Source: Haliotis rufescens
Lineage: Eukaryota
Direction: 5' to 3'
Assembly: GCF_023055435.1 (NCBI RefSeq)
Contig: NW_025964001.1
Location: forward strand, 34,534,001 to 34,598,000
Length of the DNA stretch: 64,000 nt
Within the stretch, counting starts at the first letter, position 1, and each line of letters opens with the position of its first letter. Positions 39,151 through 52,865 of this stretch are shown here, in pieces. The position numbers and the translations under genes are program-made. The notes beneath the pieces were generated by a model that did no database searches, was not told the origin of the DNA, and saw nothing but the letters and a program-made list of their open reading frames with translations.

Positions 39151-42100
39151 CACTTTAAACACAAGGCCAGTCCTACAACTACCCTGTGAAGAGGGGTGAC
39201 CAACCAACACTTTTAACACTAGACCAGTCCTACAACTACTTTGTGAAGAGGGGTTACCAAACAGCACTTTTAACACCAAACCAGTCCTACAACTATCTTG
39301 TGAAGAGGGGTGACCAAACAGCACTTTTAACACTAGGTCCCCCCAACAAATACCTTGTGATGAGGTGTGACAAACCAACACTTTAAACACCAGACCAGTC
39401 CTAAAACTACCTTGTGAAGAGGTGTGACCAACCAACACTTTTAACACTCGACCAGTCCTACAACTACCTTGTGGTGAGGTGTGACCAACCAACACTTTTA
39501 ACACTCGACCAGTCCAACAACTACCTTGTGAAGATGGGTGACCAACCAACACTTTTAACACTAGGTCCCCCCAACAAATACCTTGTGATGAGGTGTGACA
39601 AACCAACACTTTAAACACCAGACCAGTCCTAAAACTACCTTGTGAAGAGGTGTGACCAACCAACACTTTTAACACTCGACCAGTCCTACAACTACCTTGT
39701 GGTGAGGTGTGACAAACCAACGCTTTTAACACTAGGCCAGTCCAACAACTACTTTGTGAAGAGGGGTGACCAACCAACACTTTTAACACTAGACCAGGCC
39801 AACAATTACCTTGTGAAGATGGGTCACAAACCAACACTTTTAACACTAGACCAGTCCTACAACTGCCTTGTGAAGAGGGGTGACCAACCAACACTTTTAA
39901 CACTAGCCCAGGCCAACAACTACTTTGTGAAGAGGGGTGACCAAACAACACTTTAAACACAAGGCCAGTCCAACAACTACCTTGTGAAGAGTGGTGACCA
40001 ACCAACACTTTTAACACTAGACCAGTCCTACAACTACCTTGTGAAGAGGGGTGACCAAACAACACTTTAAACACAAGGCCAGTCCAACAACTACCTTGTG
40101 AAGAGTGGTGACCAACCAACACTTTTAACACTAGACCAGTCCTACAACTAGTTTGTGAAGAGGGGTGACCAACCAACACTTTTAACACTAGACCATTCCT
40201 ACAACTACTTTGTGAAGAGGAGTAACAAACAAACACTTTAAATACAAGGCCAGTCCAACAACTACCTTGTGAAGAGGGGTGACCAACCAACACTTTTAAC
40301 ACTAGACCATTCCTACAACTACTTTGTGAAGAGGAGTAACAAACAAACACTTTAAACACAAGGCCAGTCCAACAACTACCTTGTGAAGAGGGGTGACCAA
40401 CCAACACTTTTAACACTAGACCATTCCTACAACTACTTTGTGAAGAGGAGTAACAAACAAACACTTTAAATACAAGGCCAGTCCAACAACTACCTTGTGA
40501 AGAGGGGTGACCAACCAACACTTTTAACACTAGACCATTCCTACAACTACTTTGTGAAGAGGAGTAACAAACAAACACTTTAAACACAAGGCCAGTCCAA
40601 CAACTACCTTGTGAAGAGGGGTGACCAACCAACACTTTTAACACTAGACCAGTCCTACAACTAGTTTGTGAAGAGGGGTGACCAACCAACACTTTTAACA
40701 CTAGACCAGTCCTACAACTACTTTGTGAAGAGGAGTAACAAACAAACACTTTAACACAGGGCAATTCCAAGACCTACCTGATGACGAAGTGTGACAAACT
40801 AACACTTTTAACACTAGGCCAGTCCCAACCTACCTTTTGAAGGGGTGTGACAAAGCCAGCACTTCAAACATGAGGTCACCCCAACAAATACCTTGTGGTG
40901 AGGTGTGACAAACCAACGCTTTTAGCACTAGGCCAGTCCAACAATTACCTTGTGAAGATGGGTCACAAACCAACACTTTAACACCAGACCAGTCCTACAA
41001 CTACCTTGTGAAGAGGGGTGACCAACCAACACTTTTAACACTAGACCAGTCCAACAACTACTTTGTGAAGAGGCATGACCAACCAACACTTTTAACACTC
41101 AACCAGTCCTACAACTGCCTTGTGAAGAGGGGTGACCAACCAACACTTTTAACACTAGACCAGTCCATCAACTACTTTGTGAAGAGGGGTGACCAACCAA
41201 CACTTTTAACACTAGGCCAATCCAACAACTGCCTTGTGAAGAGGGGTGACCAACCAACACTTTTAACACTCAACCAGTCCTACAACTGCCTTGTGAAGAG
41301 GTGTGACCAACCAACACTTTTAACACTAGACCAGTCCATCAACTACTTTGTGAAGAGGGGTGACCAACCAACACTTTTAACACTCAACCAGTCCTACAAC
41401 TGCCTTGTGAAGAGTGGTGACCAACCAACACCTTTAACACTAGACCAGTCCAACAACTACCTTGTGAAGAGGGGTGACCAACCAACACTTTTAACACTAG
41501 ACCAGTCCTACAACTACTTTGTGAAGAGGGGTGACCAAACAGCACTTTTAACACCAGACCAGTCCAACAACTACCTTGTGAAGAGTGGTGACCAACCAAC
41601 ACTTTTAACACTAGACCAGTCCTACAACTGCCTTGTGAAGAGTGGTGACCAACCAACACTTTTAACACTAGACCAGTCCAACAACTACCTTGTGAAGATG
41701 GGTGACCAACCAACACTTTTAACACTAGACCAGTCCTACAACTACTTTGTGAAGAGGGGTGACCAAACAACACTTTAAACACAAGGCCAGTCCAACAACT
41801 ACCTTGTGAAGAGGGGTGACCAACCAACACTTTTAACACTAGACCAGTCCTACAACTAGTTTGTGAAGTGGGGTGACCAACCAACACTTTTAACACTAGA
41901 CCAGTCCTACAACTACTTTGTGAAGAGGAGTAACAAACAAACACTTTAACACAGGGCCACTCCAAGACCTACCTGATGACGAAGTGTGACAAACTAACAC
42001 TTTTAACACTAGGCCAGTCCCAACCTACCTTTTGAAGGGGTGTGACAAAGCCAGCACTTCAAACATTAGGCCACCTAACACATACCCCATAAAGACGAGT

Positions 42101-42320
42101 GACAAACTAACACTTTTAAGGCTAGACTATTTCAAAACCTTCTTTGAGCAGACGTGACAAACACACACTTTTAACATTAGGGCACTCCAGCACCTACCTG
42201 GTGAAGGGGCGTGTCAAACCAACTCTTCATACATTAGGCCACCCAACAATACCCTATGAAAGGCGTGACAAACTAGTACTTCAAACACTAAAAACACCCC
42301 GTGAAGAGGCGTGATGTGAC
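39146..42320. repeat. 57-bp minisatellite, ~56 units with higher-order duplications
   Basis: Unit GTGACCAACCAACACTTTTAACACTAGACCAGTCCTACAACTACCTTGTGAAGAGGG. Units diverge towards 42320. Confidence 0.97.
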
Positions 42321-43039
42321 AATTAACAAACACGTTCATGGCTTGTCCTATATTCGGTACAGCTTTCATCTAATTGACCGATAAGGCCTTTGTGGTTTTC
42401 ATCTCGACAATTACAAACTGAGAAGTAACAAAAGACGCCAATCAAGGCAACAAACGTTATGTTTTCTTTGATGTTACTGTCCTCATCTTTGGCGTTAATG
42501 CACCAGGGCACATACACTTATCAGAGATAACAGGTCGAAATAGCGAACCATGAGATGTTTTGCAGTGTGTGGTGATGTTTGTATGGGAAGGTGAACATTG
42601 ACGGGTATTTGTTAGAGACATTATAGATTAAGTATGTGGAAGAAGATTATGAACGTGTGTTTGTTAGCGATAGTGTAGATTTAGGTATGTAGAGAGTACG
42701 AAATGTGATGTGACACCTGTTAAGAAGGAAATAGTGGTCGACCGATCGTGACTGTTTATTCAAACACATTCGACGGAGCAGCACCTGGAGATTAACATTC
42801 TCAAAACAGAGCAGTTCACTATTTATCAAGCAGGGGTGGAGAGATAAAACAAGATAACGTTTGGATGTCAGCGCTGTTTTATTTAGGACAAGTGAATAGT
42901 TAAAAATAATAGATTCCATGAGTAACCACATGAATGATAAATGATAAGTGATAAAATCAGCACATAGAAGTCACAAGATAGCACCTGAAAGTTCATAGGT
43001 TCATACATTTCACATTGTGCGTTTTCTCGGTCAGAAGAG

Positions 43040-43890
43040 TACAAATGTGTTTGGGGGCGAGAGAATAGATGTGTGTGTTTGGGAGAAAGAATTGATGTGT
43101 ATGTTTGGGAGAGAGAATAGAGGTGTGTGTGTTTGGGAGAGAGAATAGAGGCGTGTGTGTTTGGGAGAGAGAATAGAGGCGTGTGAGTTTGGGAGAGAGA
43201 ATAGAGGCGTGTGTGTTTGGGGGCGAGAGAACTGATGTGTGTGTTTTGGAGAGAGAAAATATGTGTGTGTTGGAGAGAGAATTGATGTGTGTGTTTGGGA
43301 GAGAGAATAGAGGCGTGTGTGTTTGGAAAAGAGAATAGAGGCGTGTGTGTTTGGGAGAGAGAATAGAGGCGTGTGTGTTTGGGAGAGAGAATAGATGTGT
43401 GTGTGTTTGGGAGAGAGAATAGATGTGTGCGTGTGTTTGGGAGTGAGAATAGATGTGTGTGTGTGTTTGGGAGAGAGAATAGATGTGTGTGTGTGTGTGT
43501 GTGTGTTTGGAAGAGAGAATATGTGTGTGTGTGTTTGGGAGTGAGAATAGATGTGTGTGTGTGTGTTTGGAAGAGAGAATATGTGTGTGTGTGTTTGGAG
43601 GAGAGAATATGTGTGTGTGTGTTTGGGAGAGAGGATAGATGTGTGTGTGTGTGTGTTTGGAAGAGAGAATATGTGTGTGTGTGTTTGGGAGTGAGAATAG
43701 ATGTGTGTGTGTGTGTTTGGAAGAGAATATGTGTGTGTGTGTTTGGGAGTGAGAATAGATGTGTGTGTGTTTGTTTGGGAGAGAGAATAGATGTGTGTGT
43801 GTGTGTTTGGGAAAGAGAATAGATGTGTGTATGTGTGTGTGTGTTTAGGAGAGAGAATAGATGTGTGTGTGTGTGTGTTTGGGAGAGACA
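43040..43890. repeat. compound (GT)n-TTGGGAGAGAGAATAGA minisatellite
   Basis: Variable-length units of about 25-45 bp. Confidence 0.95.
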
Positions 43891-44815
43891 CACACACATG
43901 TGTAATTTCACCCAATCTTCTTACAAACCGACAGCCCAACATCAATGGTAATATGCTCCTTCCGTCATGCTAAACACGCTAAATTGATTTTCGCAATGTT
44001 CTCATAACCTAAACAAATATTAATTGACCGTGTCTTTCCTTTTTGTTTAACTCTGTTATTATTATTCATATTTAGGATAATACGACTTAAAGGGCTGTTA
44101 ACAGGACGTTTATGACGCCATGTTCCAGACGTTTTACGTCAAACAACGTAGTATATTCTACCGTGAGTTATGACACTGCTCATGATAAACACTTATGTCG
44201 GGAACCGGATGTGAGATAATGCATCAATTTTCTGTGATTTATCGTTGTTTTACACAGCTTTGTGGATTGTATGTTTTTCTTGGGTGGTAGAGCACGAGAG
44301 GAAGATACGCTCACGTAGACACTATATGTTTTAGCGTCGAGACCTTCAAAGTAAATTACATGATTCTCTCAGGGCTTCCTCTCAACAACTGTTTATTCGT
44401 TTTCTCCTCAAAATCTGACAACCGTTATTTTCTACGCCCTTTTACGCTAAGCTGCAACAAAAACATATTTACGACACTGGCACTCTTTCTTAAAGAAAAC
44501 AGAAGTATTATGTATTGTCGTTTTTGGCGAAATAGCTGTATTTCTATCACTGAAAACGTGTTTTTTGTCTGGAAGTGTTTTGATGAGAGTTCGGTGGGGG
44601 GCTCAGAGTGCTTACTGCATGCAAGAAGATTTTGTTGCATGTAGCCATAATATGTCGTGTTGACAGTTATTCATCAGTTTAATTCTAGATATTACAACAT
44701 AGATAGACCGTTACACTAATAAAGTCTATATTCTCTCCCATATATATATCTTTTGTTTCTCCTCAATGAAACGTCCACATGGTAACTGAGGCAAATGAAC
44801 CTCTTTAACCATTAA

Positions 44816-44980
44816 GGGGTGGTAGGGTAATTTAGTTGTTAAAGAGTTCGCTTGATGAACTGAAGTCCCGAGTTCGATTCCCCACATGGGTACAATGTGT
44901 AAAGCTCATTTTATGGTGTCCTCCGCCGTTATATTGCTGGAATATTGCCAAAAGCGGCGTGAAAACCACTCACATACACT
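44816..44980 (+). mobile_element. family A SINE (diverged)
   Basis: B box GTTCGATTCC, body and tail. Confidence 0.85.
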
Positions 44981-45251
44981 TTAACCCCCAATGACAATTC
45001 ACAGTAATATCCCATACATATTTTGAATAATATACATATTTAATCATTAATGACAATTCGCTGTAATATCCCAAACTAATTTTGAATAATATACATATTT
45101 AAATACTAATGGCAATTCACTGTTATCCCAAACTAATTTGGAATACAAAATACTCTAGTAGATAAAGTACGCATTTAATCCTCAGTGCCAACTCGTTTCA
45201 AGAACACACTCAGCCAGTCATACTTTCACTTCCATTTCATCCGTAATAACC

Positions 45252-45515
45252 GACCCGTGAAGAGCCGGGGTAGTATAGGTCTTCAGCAACCCATGCTTGC
45301 CATAAAAGGCGACTGTGGTTGTCGTAAGAGGTGACTAACGGGATCGGGTGGTCAGTCTTGCTGACTTGGTTGATGCATGTCATCGATCCCAATTACGTGG
45401 ATGGATGGTCATGATGTCAATCACTGGATTGTCTGGTCCAGACTCGATTATTTACAGACCGCCGTCATATAGCTGGAATATTGCTGAGTGCGGCGTTAAA
45501 CAACAACAAACAAAT
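45252..45515 (+). mobile_element. family B retroposon, full length
   Basis: Starts GACCCGTGAAGA and has the shared tail plus (CAA/CAAA)n. Confidence 0.92.
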
Positions 45516-47261
45516 AAAGCGTGTTGGAGTTCAATATATAGGCATGCTGATATCATATTACTTTAAAAACGTGTCTGAAAATATATAATAGGCCCACTGC
45601 CCAATAAGCAAGACGATCGACAGGTTGGCATTATGAAAAAGTCATTAAACAATGTTTTACGGTATGAGAGATATTTGTGTGTATGCTATGGGTACACAAT
45701 GTGTTTACAGTGTTGCTGTGATATACGAAGATACAGAGAGCGGATCATGGCGACGTAACAATGTAAACAGCACGCGATGTTCTTAACGACTTCAAGATAG
45801 GCGAGCGGTGTTTATGTTATCTTAGAATGTCTAATAACTTTAACTGGCACACTCTCAGAAATGAATGACCTTCACGCTGGCCTTTGCTACGTTTGACGCT
45901 CATCTACCAGCAATGACCTTGAACGACGGCTTAACGTATTCCATTGCAGTTTCAGCAAACAAACAAAACACAGAAGTTTTTCCTGTGGTTAGATTCAAGA
46001 GATGTCATAACAAACCATCTTAGCAACGCTTCATCATGGCGCAGAAGCCCTGGTTCACTACAGGAACCTGGTCTTTGAAATCCATACCACAGGCCCTATT
46101 ATCAACGCGGGGTTACCTTCGAGGATTAACCGACGTTTAGACAAAATAAACGTCAATCTAGCTCCATGTTTCGTTTCCTTTATACGCGTTTGGCTTATGA
46201 AGATGATGTATGTTCAAGCTGAGCTTTCTAGCGCACATGACGTTGCTGTTAATATATAATTATGACCCAGTCGTTAACTCGTGAATCGGTTTTAACACGG
46301 GTTTGAGAGGATTGGCTTGGCGTTGAGGGCCGCTAGTAGGGTATTACTCTGAGTGGAATATGAACAGATGTCAGTCAGGTTTATAAACAATCTCGACGTA
46401 TACCATGTTTTGACATCCCCGACCACCTGTTTAAACCGACTGAGTATGGTCGGGGGAAAAGAAGGTCAACTTTAAACATTTCATATATTTGACCTATTTG
46501 TGCTCTACGAGCCCGGTCATCGTGTTAGTTTAAATATTTCTTGCAAACATCCAGCTGATATTGGATAAAAATGTATTCAGTGTAGCTTTGGGGCACATCT
46601 GGACTTCGTATTATAATTTGAAGGAAATCTTCCAGTTTTCAACTTTTAACAGTAATGCGGTTTCATATTTTATATGAAATATAAAAGTTTTCTTTGAATT
46701 AATTTCCTTCCATACTGACAATTGGCATTACATTTATCTCCGAAATGTGTCAACAAATTCGATGGCAAAGATGTTTAATTTTAATTTTATTCCAAATTCG
46801 CCTAAATGCATGTAAACTAAAAGATTTAAACAAACAAGGCCCGAGTGTTCATTTCACATTTATACAGATTAATTACCTTCTCAGTAATGAAATCGACACG
46901 AAATTGACATGAAATTGACATGCACATATGATCTGAAATATGCATGACGTACATGTATGATAACTAACACATGTGTATATTATGAGCCTAATGAAATTGC
47001 GAAAATAGACATAATGTCATGCAATATGAAGATATTGAAATGAACAATGTTATGCTGTTGACCCGCTTTATGTCATGGATAACCTAGTGTAGCCATGGCA
47101 ACATAGTAACATGCTTTGATGGCATATTGGATGACCCGTGTTAATTGCAGGAAGACACATGCACTTGCAGAATGAGATGATGTCACGTACTTAAACCAGA
47201 CCATCTCGAATCGATCGGGGACTGACCGTATAATTATGGAAAGTGAGAGACAATACAATAC

Positions 47262-47286
47262 AGAGAGAGAGGGGGGGGGGGAGAGC

Positions 47287-47371
<85 letters not shown>
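47262..47371. repeat. (GA)n microsatellite
   Basis: Direct observation. Confidence 0.95.
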
Positions 47372-47374
<3 letters not shown>

Positions 47375-48854
47375 TTTAGGATTGTACAATTTTTTTAAAT
47401 CATATGTGTGGTGAGAGAGTTGTGTAAAGTAATCAACATAAACAACAACAGGAACAGTTCATTCATAATATGAACAATGCATTTTGACAGATTCAGTCAA
47501 TATACATACATACTTGCTTTATCATAATGAATTCTAAATAGTGTTCCCGGAATAAATGGTATTTAGGGCAGATAATAAGGACAATATATTTGTATCTAAT
47601 ATAAATCGTTAGCACAAAATGGGCAAACCCTTCTATTCAACTTTTGGGTCTGACCCAACTGCCCTTTTCTATCATTATAGTGTGAGAAACAAGGCGAAAT
47701 CGTGTCAATTTCACCCCATACTTAATTCTATCGAGCCCTGTCTAATATAACATATAACAGAAGAAAGAAGACTAAATGAAGGTTAATGGATGAACAAATC
47801 GGCGTTAATAATATCCTTGATATACATGTATTCATTCCCCAAATGAATACCCGTATATGAGTATACTTTCCGGAGTATATGGGCTTCACTGTATTGACCT
47901 CAGAAAGGTAATATGAAATATACATGATAAATATACCTTTTATGTAACGGAATATATTTCAGCAGAGACCATCTGATGGTGTCTAATTTCAGAAGTTCCA
48001 TCGTAAGTTCAGCCCACTTGGTGTCGGAGATTTCCCCAAGTCTCGCCGAGGTAACGGGAGCCGGCGGGATTCTCGTTAGTGTGTTATTACATAGAAGCTT
48101 GTGTTTGTATATTGACAAGCTGGACCGGTCTCTAATATCTATAAGAGGGGCAGTGACCCCTGGGTAAATAGCGTAGGCTCTAAGTATACACAGCAAGTCG
48201 CGATGTTTTTATTGTCATAGGAACTATATCTAGGATGGGCCGTAATCACAAATGGTATAGTCGAATTAACACATACATAATAAGTAAGAACGTTTTTAAC
48301 AAACGGTGCAGATGCTTTTTTGGTACCCATGTGGAAATGCGACATTTTAGACCGGAGCGTAATCTGCCGGGAAAAAGAAAGTATACATGTTTGATGGTGG
48401 CTGAAATAAAACAAACAAGAACTGACAACTGGTGATGTCTTTGTATACGGGTATGTCTATGTTAGAGAATGGCCGTTATCACATGGCACAAGCTTAAATG
48501 CCGGGCAAAAGAAAGTATACACCGATGTTTGATGGTGGCTAGAAATGAACCACACAAGAAATGGTGTTGTATTTTATCATGGTTGTGTGTTGTACCTAAA
48601 TCTTGCAGTATTTCGGCGACTGTTTTCAGCCGTTACGATAAAGGTTAGTTCCAATTTTCAAGTGTATACTTTTGTTTACCCGGCAGTTTATACTTAAGAT
48701 GGAATACGACTCCGGTTTGCAGCTGGTACTCATTCTGGTCTCGATCTCGACGTTCTGATTGTTACCATGAGTGAGACCGAGACATCATCTGCAACCAGGG
48801 CTATCGTGTAGTACCAATATTTTCTCTGAGAGGAGGAAAACCTGTCCTCATTAA

Positions 48855-49050
48855 AACGTGGTAAACGTCTGATACCTGCATCACTTCGGTCATCTTCCCG
48901 AGGCAAGGGCGTAAACTGACTTTTATAGTCAAATAATTCCCTTGCCTCGGGAAGATGCACATCGGGCTTTCCTCCCACATTAAGCTGAGACGCCGTGATT
49001 TAAACGGAATACTGTTTAAAGTGGCGTTAAACCCAACTCACTCACTCACT
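48855..49050 (+). mobile_element. family C SINE 3' part carrying a 67-bp TIR insertion (48891-48957)
   Basis: GTGGTAAACGTCTGA..CCTGCATCACTTC | insertion | GCTTTCCTCCCACATTAAGCTG..GGCGTTAAACCCAACTCACT. Confidence 0.85.
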
Positions 49051-50399
49051 CTGAAAGGCGGAGCAGAACACTTCTTTCAAAACAATTTTTTTTCAGGACA
49101 TGAATGTATGTCCAGGGAACAAATGTTTTGTCTGTAAAACCTGACGGATGAATATTAATTTCTGGTATTTTCTGAAACATTTTTTTCCAAAACAACGTCT
49201 AGTCCTAGACTGGAAACGAGCTACAAGTTTGAGCATACGGTCCTAACGAATTAGTAGTGCTATGGATCTCTGCTCTCCAGGCCATCGTAGCAGATGTTGG
49301 CATGAATGGAGCTGGTGTAGTCTCGGTAAACAACGCGAGATGAGAGACAATCAATGCGAGCATCTGCAGGGACCCATGGTCAGCGATATGTATATACTTG
49401 TTCCATTTGTGTTTAAAAGGCTCTCCAGAGATGCCGTCATAAAGCGTTTCTTTGAAGGTCAAGGTCTTCCTACATACCTCGAACAAGGTTAATATCGCAG
49501 CGGAATTTGAAAGAATTCTTGTCAATAACTAAGGGGCCTATCATTTCAATATTCTTGGGGATGAAGGAGAGAACATGAATGTTAGTGAGACAGATTTCAA
49601 AACAATTTTATTCATGTAATCTGGCATGCCTAGTCCAAAAAATATTTTTTCATTGTTTTCGGGAGAAAATTATTTTTTTCAAAAACATACCAGGCCCATC
49701 CGAGAATATCTAATGGTCCCAACAGAGCAAGACGTGATACTGCATAACTTGTTTATTCTATAACCTAATAACAGATGCAGTGACATTGCATGTTTCTTAA
49801 AGTGGAACTTCACAATAGATATGGTTAAAAATATGACTTGTTTTGCCCTTTTCTTTCATTAACTCAACTTCCAAACCCTTACATGGATTGCAGGTAGAGG
49901 ATCAGTATGTACCTAGAGATAACAAGTCATTACAGCTGTACAAAACGTTACCACCGATACCACATATACCAGATACCGAAGGATTCGAACCAAGCAGCAG
50001 GCCAAGAAGACCCAAACCTGTTGAGATCCGGTCTCCCTGTTCCATGGAACCCCTCAGTCTTTTGACCGTTTGACCAGCGGTCACTCCAAGATTACACACA
50101 CTAAGACGCGACTGGAGAGAAATTGTTTGTCCATCGGTCACCTCAACGCCACACAACGCGGTCAGAAAAAAACGATGCCGGTCATTGAAACTGGCACTCC
50201 TGCTGATACACGCAGCCGCCCAGGCGCAAGTAGCTAGGAATTAGAAATTATGGCCTCGGCTCCTGTCTAGTAGCGCCTCGTTGAACAGATTTCGTCGTGA
50301 TTTTATTTGGTCCTTGACCATTCTGACCACCGGTCATTTCAAGTTCCCACAAGTAGCTTCCGTATTTTCTCCGTACCTCTTTAGTCAGCACTGCCTGTG

Positions 50400-50700
50400 A
50401 TAGTAATTACCCACTTACCTTGTTCGGGGAAGAGAGGTTTCTACCATCTGGTGGGGATTAAGGTCTTAATGGATGCCAACACTCCCGCCAGGCGCTCACT
50501 AATTGATTGCTGTACTGCTATGCGTCTGTCCATACAAAACTTAGAAACAAAACTCTTGAGGGGAAACGATGTCTGTGCAATCTGTATACAATGTGTGCAC
50601 ACTGGCAATTTACATCGTAACTGTGTGACCCAAGCATCAGTTCATGTTCCAGAACTTACCAACAATTCTCACCATTCTCCTTTCATATGTCATTCAATGT
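50400..50700 (+). pseudogene. probable BEL/Pao LTR-retrotransposon gag relic
   Basis: SLIDC..MRLSI...LLRGNDVCAIC....LHRNC...HHSPFIC resembles the Pao gag multi-zinc-knuckle layout, but is degenerate. Confidence 0.4.
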
Positions 50701-51292
50701 CATTCACTATATTAGCAAAAGACCATATCCTTGTAATTTTGAAAATAATGGAATAATCTGTTATTTTAATTTAAACTAAAATTCTTTTTGTTCATTTAAT
50801 ATTAAATTGCCGTCATTTATTTCACCTTTGTCTGTTATTAAACAAGGTAATAACTTATAAATTTACATTCCCTGATAACAAAGTAGTCAGTCATGAACAA
50901 AGATATCCGTACCTCCCAAGCAAAGGGTATAACATATTGGCATGTCTAGATTGCTTCATTGTATTAAAAGAAAGTTCACCAATAAAACTTTAAAAATAAT
51001 TTATTTCAGAGAATCGATGTTGCACTATCAAAGAGATAGACGAATTTGATGATCATCTGTTGACATATCTCTCCAGCTGATTAAATTCCAGCTATGGTAT
51101 TTAGTATATTATTATATATGCGATTAAAGCCATATCGCAACAGGTTTGACATCATTGGTAAACTTTACAGCTTGTACTTATGCGGGGAAACGAATACGAG
51201 TCTTCAGTGAGACGATCGAACGCCTTAACGGCTAGGCTACCCCACTCCCCCTTGACACCGACAAGAGTAAGTGTATTTCACATTATTCCCGA

Positions 51293-51420
51293 GTCACGCC
51301 GAAGACCCGGGTTCGATTCCGGACATGGGTGCAATGTGTGAAGCCCATTTCTGGTGTCCTCCGCCTTGATATTGCTGGAATATTGATTAAGCGGCGTAAA
51401 ACCATACTCAAGCACTCACT
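51293..51420 (+). mobile_element. family A SINE, 5'-truncated, inserted into or beside an older minus-strand copy
   Basis: TTATTCCC(C)GAG on both flanks. Diverged minus-strand pieces at 51130-51250 and 51445-51532. Confidence 0.85.
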
Positions 51421-51670
51421 CTCCCAATCACTCTTTATTCCCGAGGGTACACCAAGAATGGGTTTTAAACATTAGACCCACGAGGGAAATCAAACCTGGG
51501 TGACCAGCTAACTCTATAACCACAAGGCTACCTTCCTGAATCCGATCAGCGAAGCCACGTGCACAGAAAACCTACTGATACTTATTGCGCACAGCGAGGG
51601 TATGAATATACACAAGCAGACAGTTGTTGCAGGGGCAAGACCAAAGCTACGAAAATAAACATCTTTTCTG

Positions 51671-51778
51671 GTCCTCTTTTCACAAAGCGATCTTAGCGCT
51701 ATGACTCTCGTAAGTCGATGTTAAACCATGGGAGTTACGATAGTCTTAAGGTTAAGATTTTTTTTGTGGCACTAGGCC
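51671..51778. mobile_element. 107-bp MITE family copy (diverged)
   Basis: CACAAAGCGATCTTAGCGCT...GGGAGTTACGA. Confidence 0.8.
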
Positions 51779-52144
51779 ACGAGATGGAACAAGTGTATAA
51801 ACTGCAAGGTGACTATGTTAGATAATTAAAGCACACGACAGAACTTTAGTTTAGCTCAACATTTTAGGTACCCCCTCGTACATTAAGATAACATAAAGGT
51901 ACAACACAGTTCAGCAGCCACGTGACGTGTTTTCGTCAGGTATCGCTGTTGTCTGGTACACAGGCCATGCTGTTGGTCCTATCAAGTATGTTGTTTATCG
52001 GAGTGCGGCTGCAGCCTGGCAGTGCTGAAACAAGGAGGCTGGTGCTACTGTTTACCTTACTATTTGTATATAATTGTGTTTTGTATATGAAACCTAACAT
52101 GACACCCACAGTGAAACCGCGAAAGTCCGGACCACGGTAATCTG

Positions 52145-52251
52145 GGCCCGCTTTCACAAAACGATCTTAGCTTAAGGGTTGTCAATACTTTATGTTAAAG
52201 TAGGGGAGTTACTGCCGTCGTAGCGCTAAGATGGCTTTGTGTTAGTGGACC
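52145..52251. mobile_element. 107-bp CWG-TSD MITE
   Basis: CTG TSD. A half copy lies at ~52300-52332 and a further copy at ~52494-52612. Confidence 0.85.
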
Positions 52252-52865
52252 CTGGGGACCACTTGATCCTTCATTCTTGCTGTACATATACATACGAACG
52301 TCCTAGCCTAAGATCGCTTTGTGGGAGTGGGTCAATGTCACAGTTAAAGAGTTGGACTTTCAAGTCGATCCCTTGTCTTTTCTCACTCAAGCTTTATCTT
52401 GATTTCGCTAAAAATCATGAGTTATTAAGAATCACCTTAACGCCGACATCACAGCAACAACAGCGATGTATGCAGATACTCTCTGTTCAGCTAGGCCCAG
52501 TTCCACAAAGCGATTATAGCGTTGAGACAGTCTTGAGACAGTCTTGAGAAGTCCATGTTAAAGATGGGGAATTACAACTGTCATACCCCTCAGATTACAT
52601 TGAGGAACCGTGGAGCAAGTTTACGTCAGCCATATAGAATCCTAACAAATAACTATCAACAAACGCCTTCAGACACTCAGATAAGGTAAAACGTCAATAA
52701 GCAAGCTTCAAATCCCAATAAGGGTACAAGGTGTTAAGTCAATTCTTGGTGCCACCGCCGCTATATTTCTTGGTTAAAGACTCGTAACATCAGTTTGTTA
52801 GTTATATCAATTACCCCCTGACAGGTAAAACATGTAGAATCGATGTTGAAATATTATAAACGTAC

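Noticed and set aside
39121-41965. 549-aa, 256-aa and 193-aa ORFs with 19-aa repeats
   Set aside because: They are readings of a 57-bp satellite that is open on both strands, interrupted by stops, and traceable to a SINE head.
39146-42320. CRISPR-like array or tandem hammerheads (TGAAGAG..AAAC; CTGATGA at 40778)
   Set aside because: No unique spacers or cas genes, and the hammerhead CUGANGA...GAAA core is not complete.
42883-43945. 342-aa and 304-aa His/Thr-rich ORFs
   Set aside because: Translation of a (CA)n/(CT)n compound repeat.
50420-50600. Minus-strand exon ending at AAG|GTAAGT
   Set aside because: No convincing reading frame, and the region is better explained by a plus-strand gag relic.
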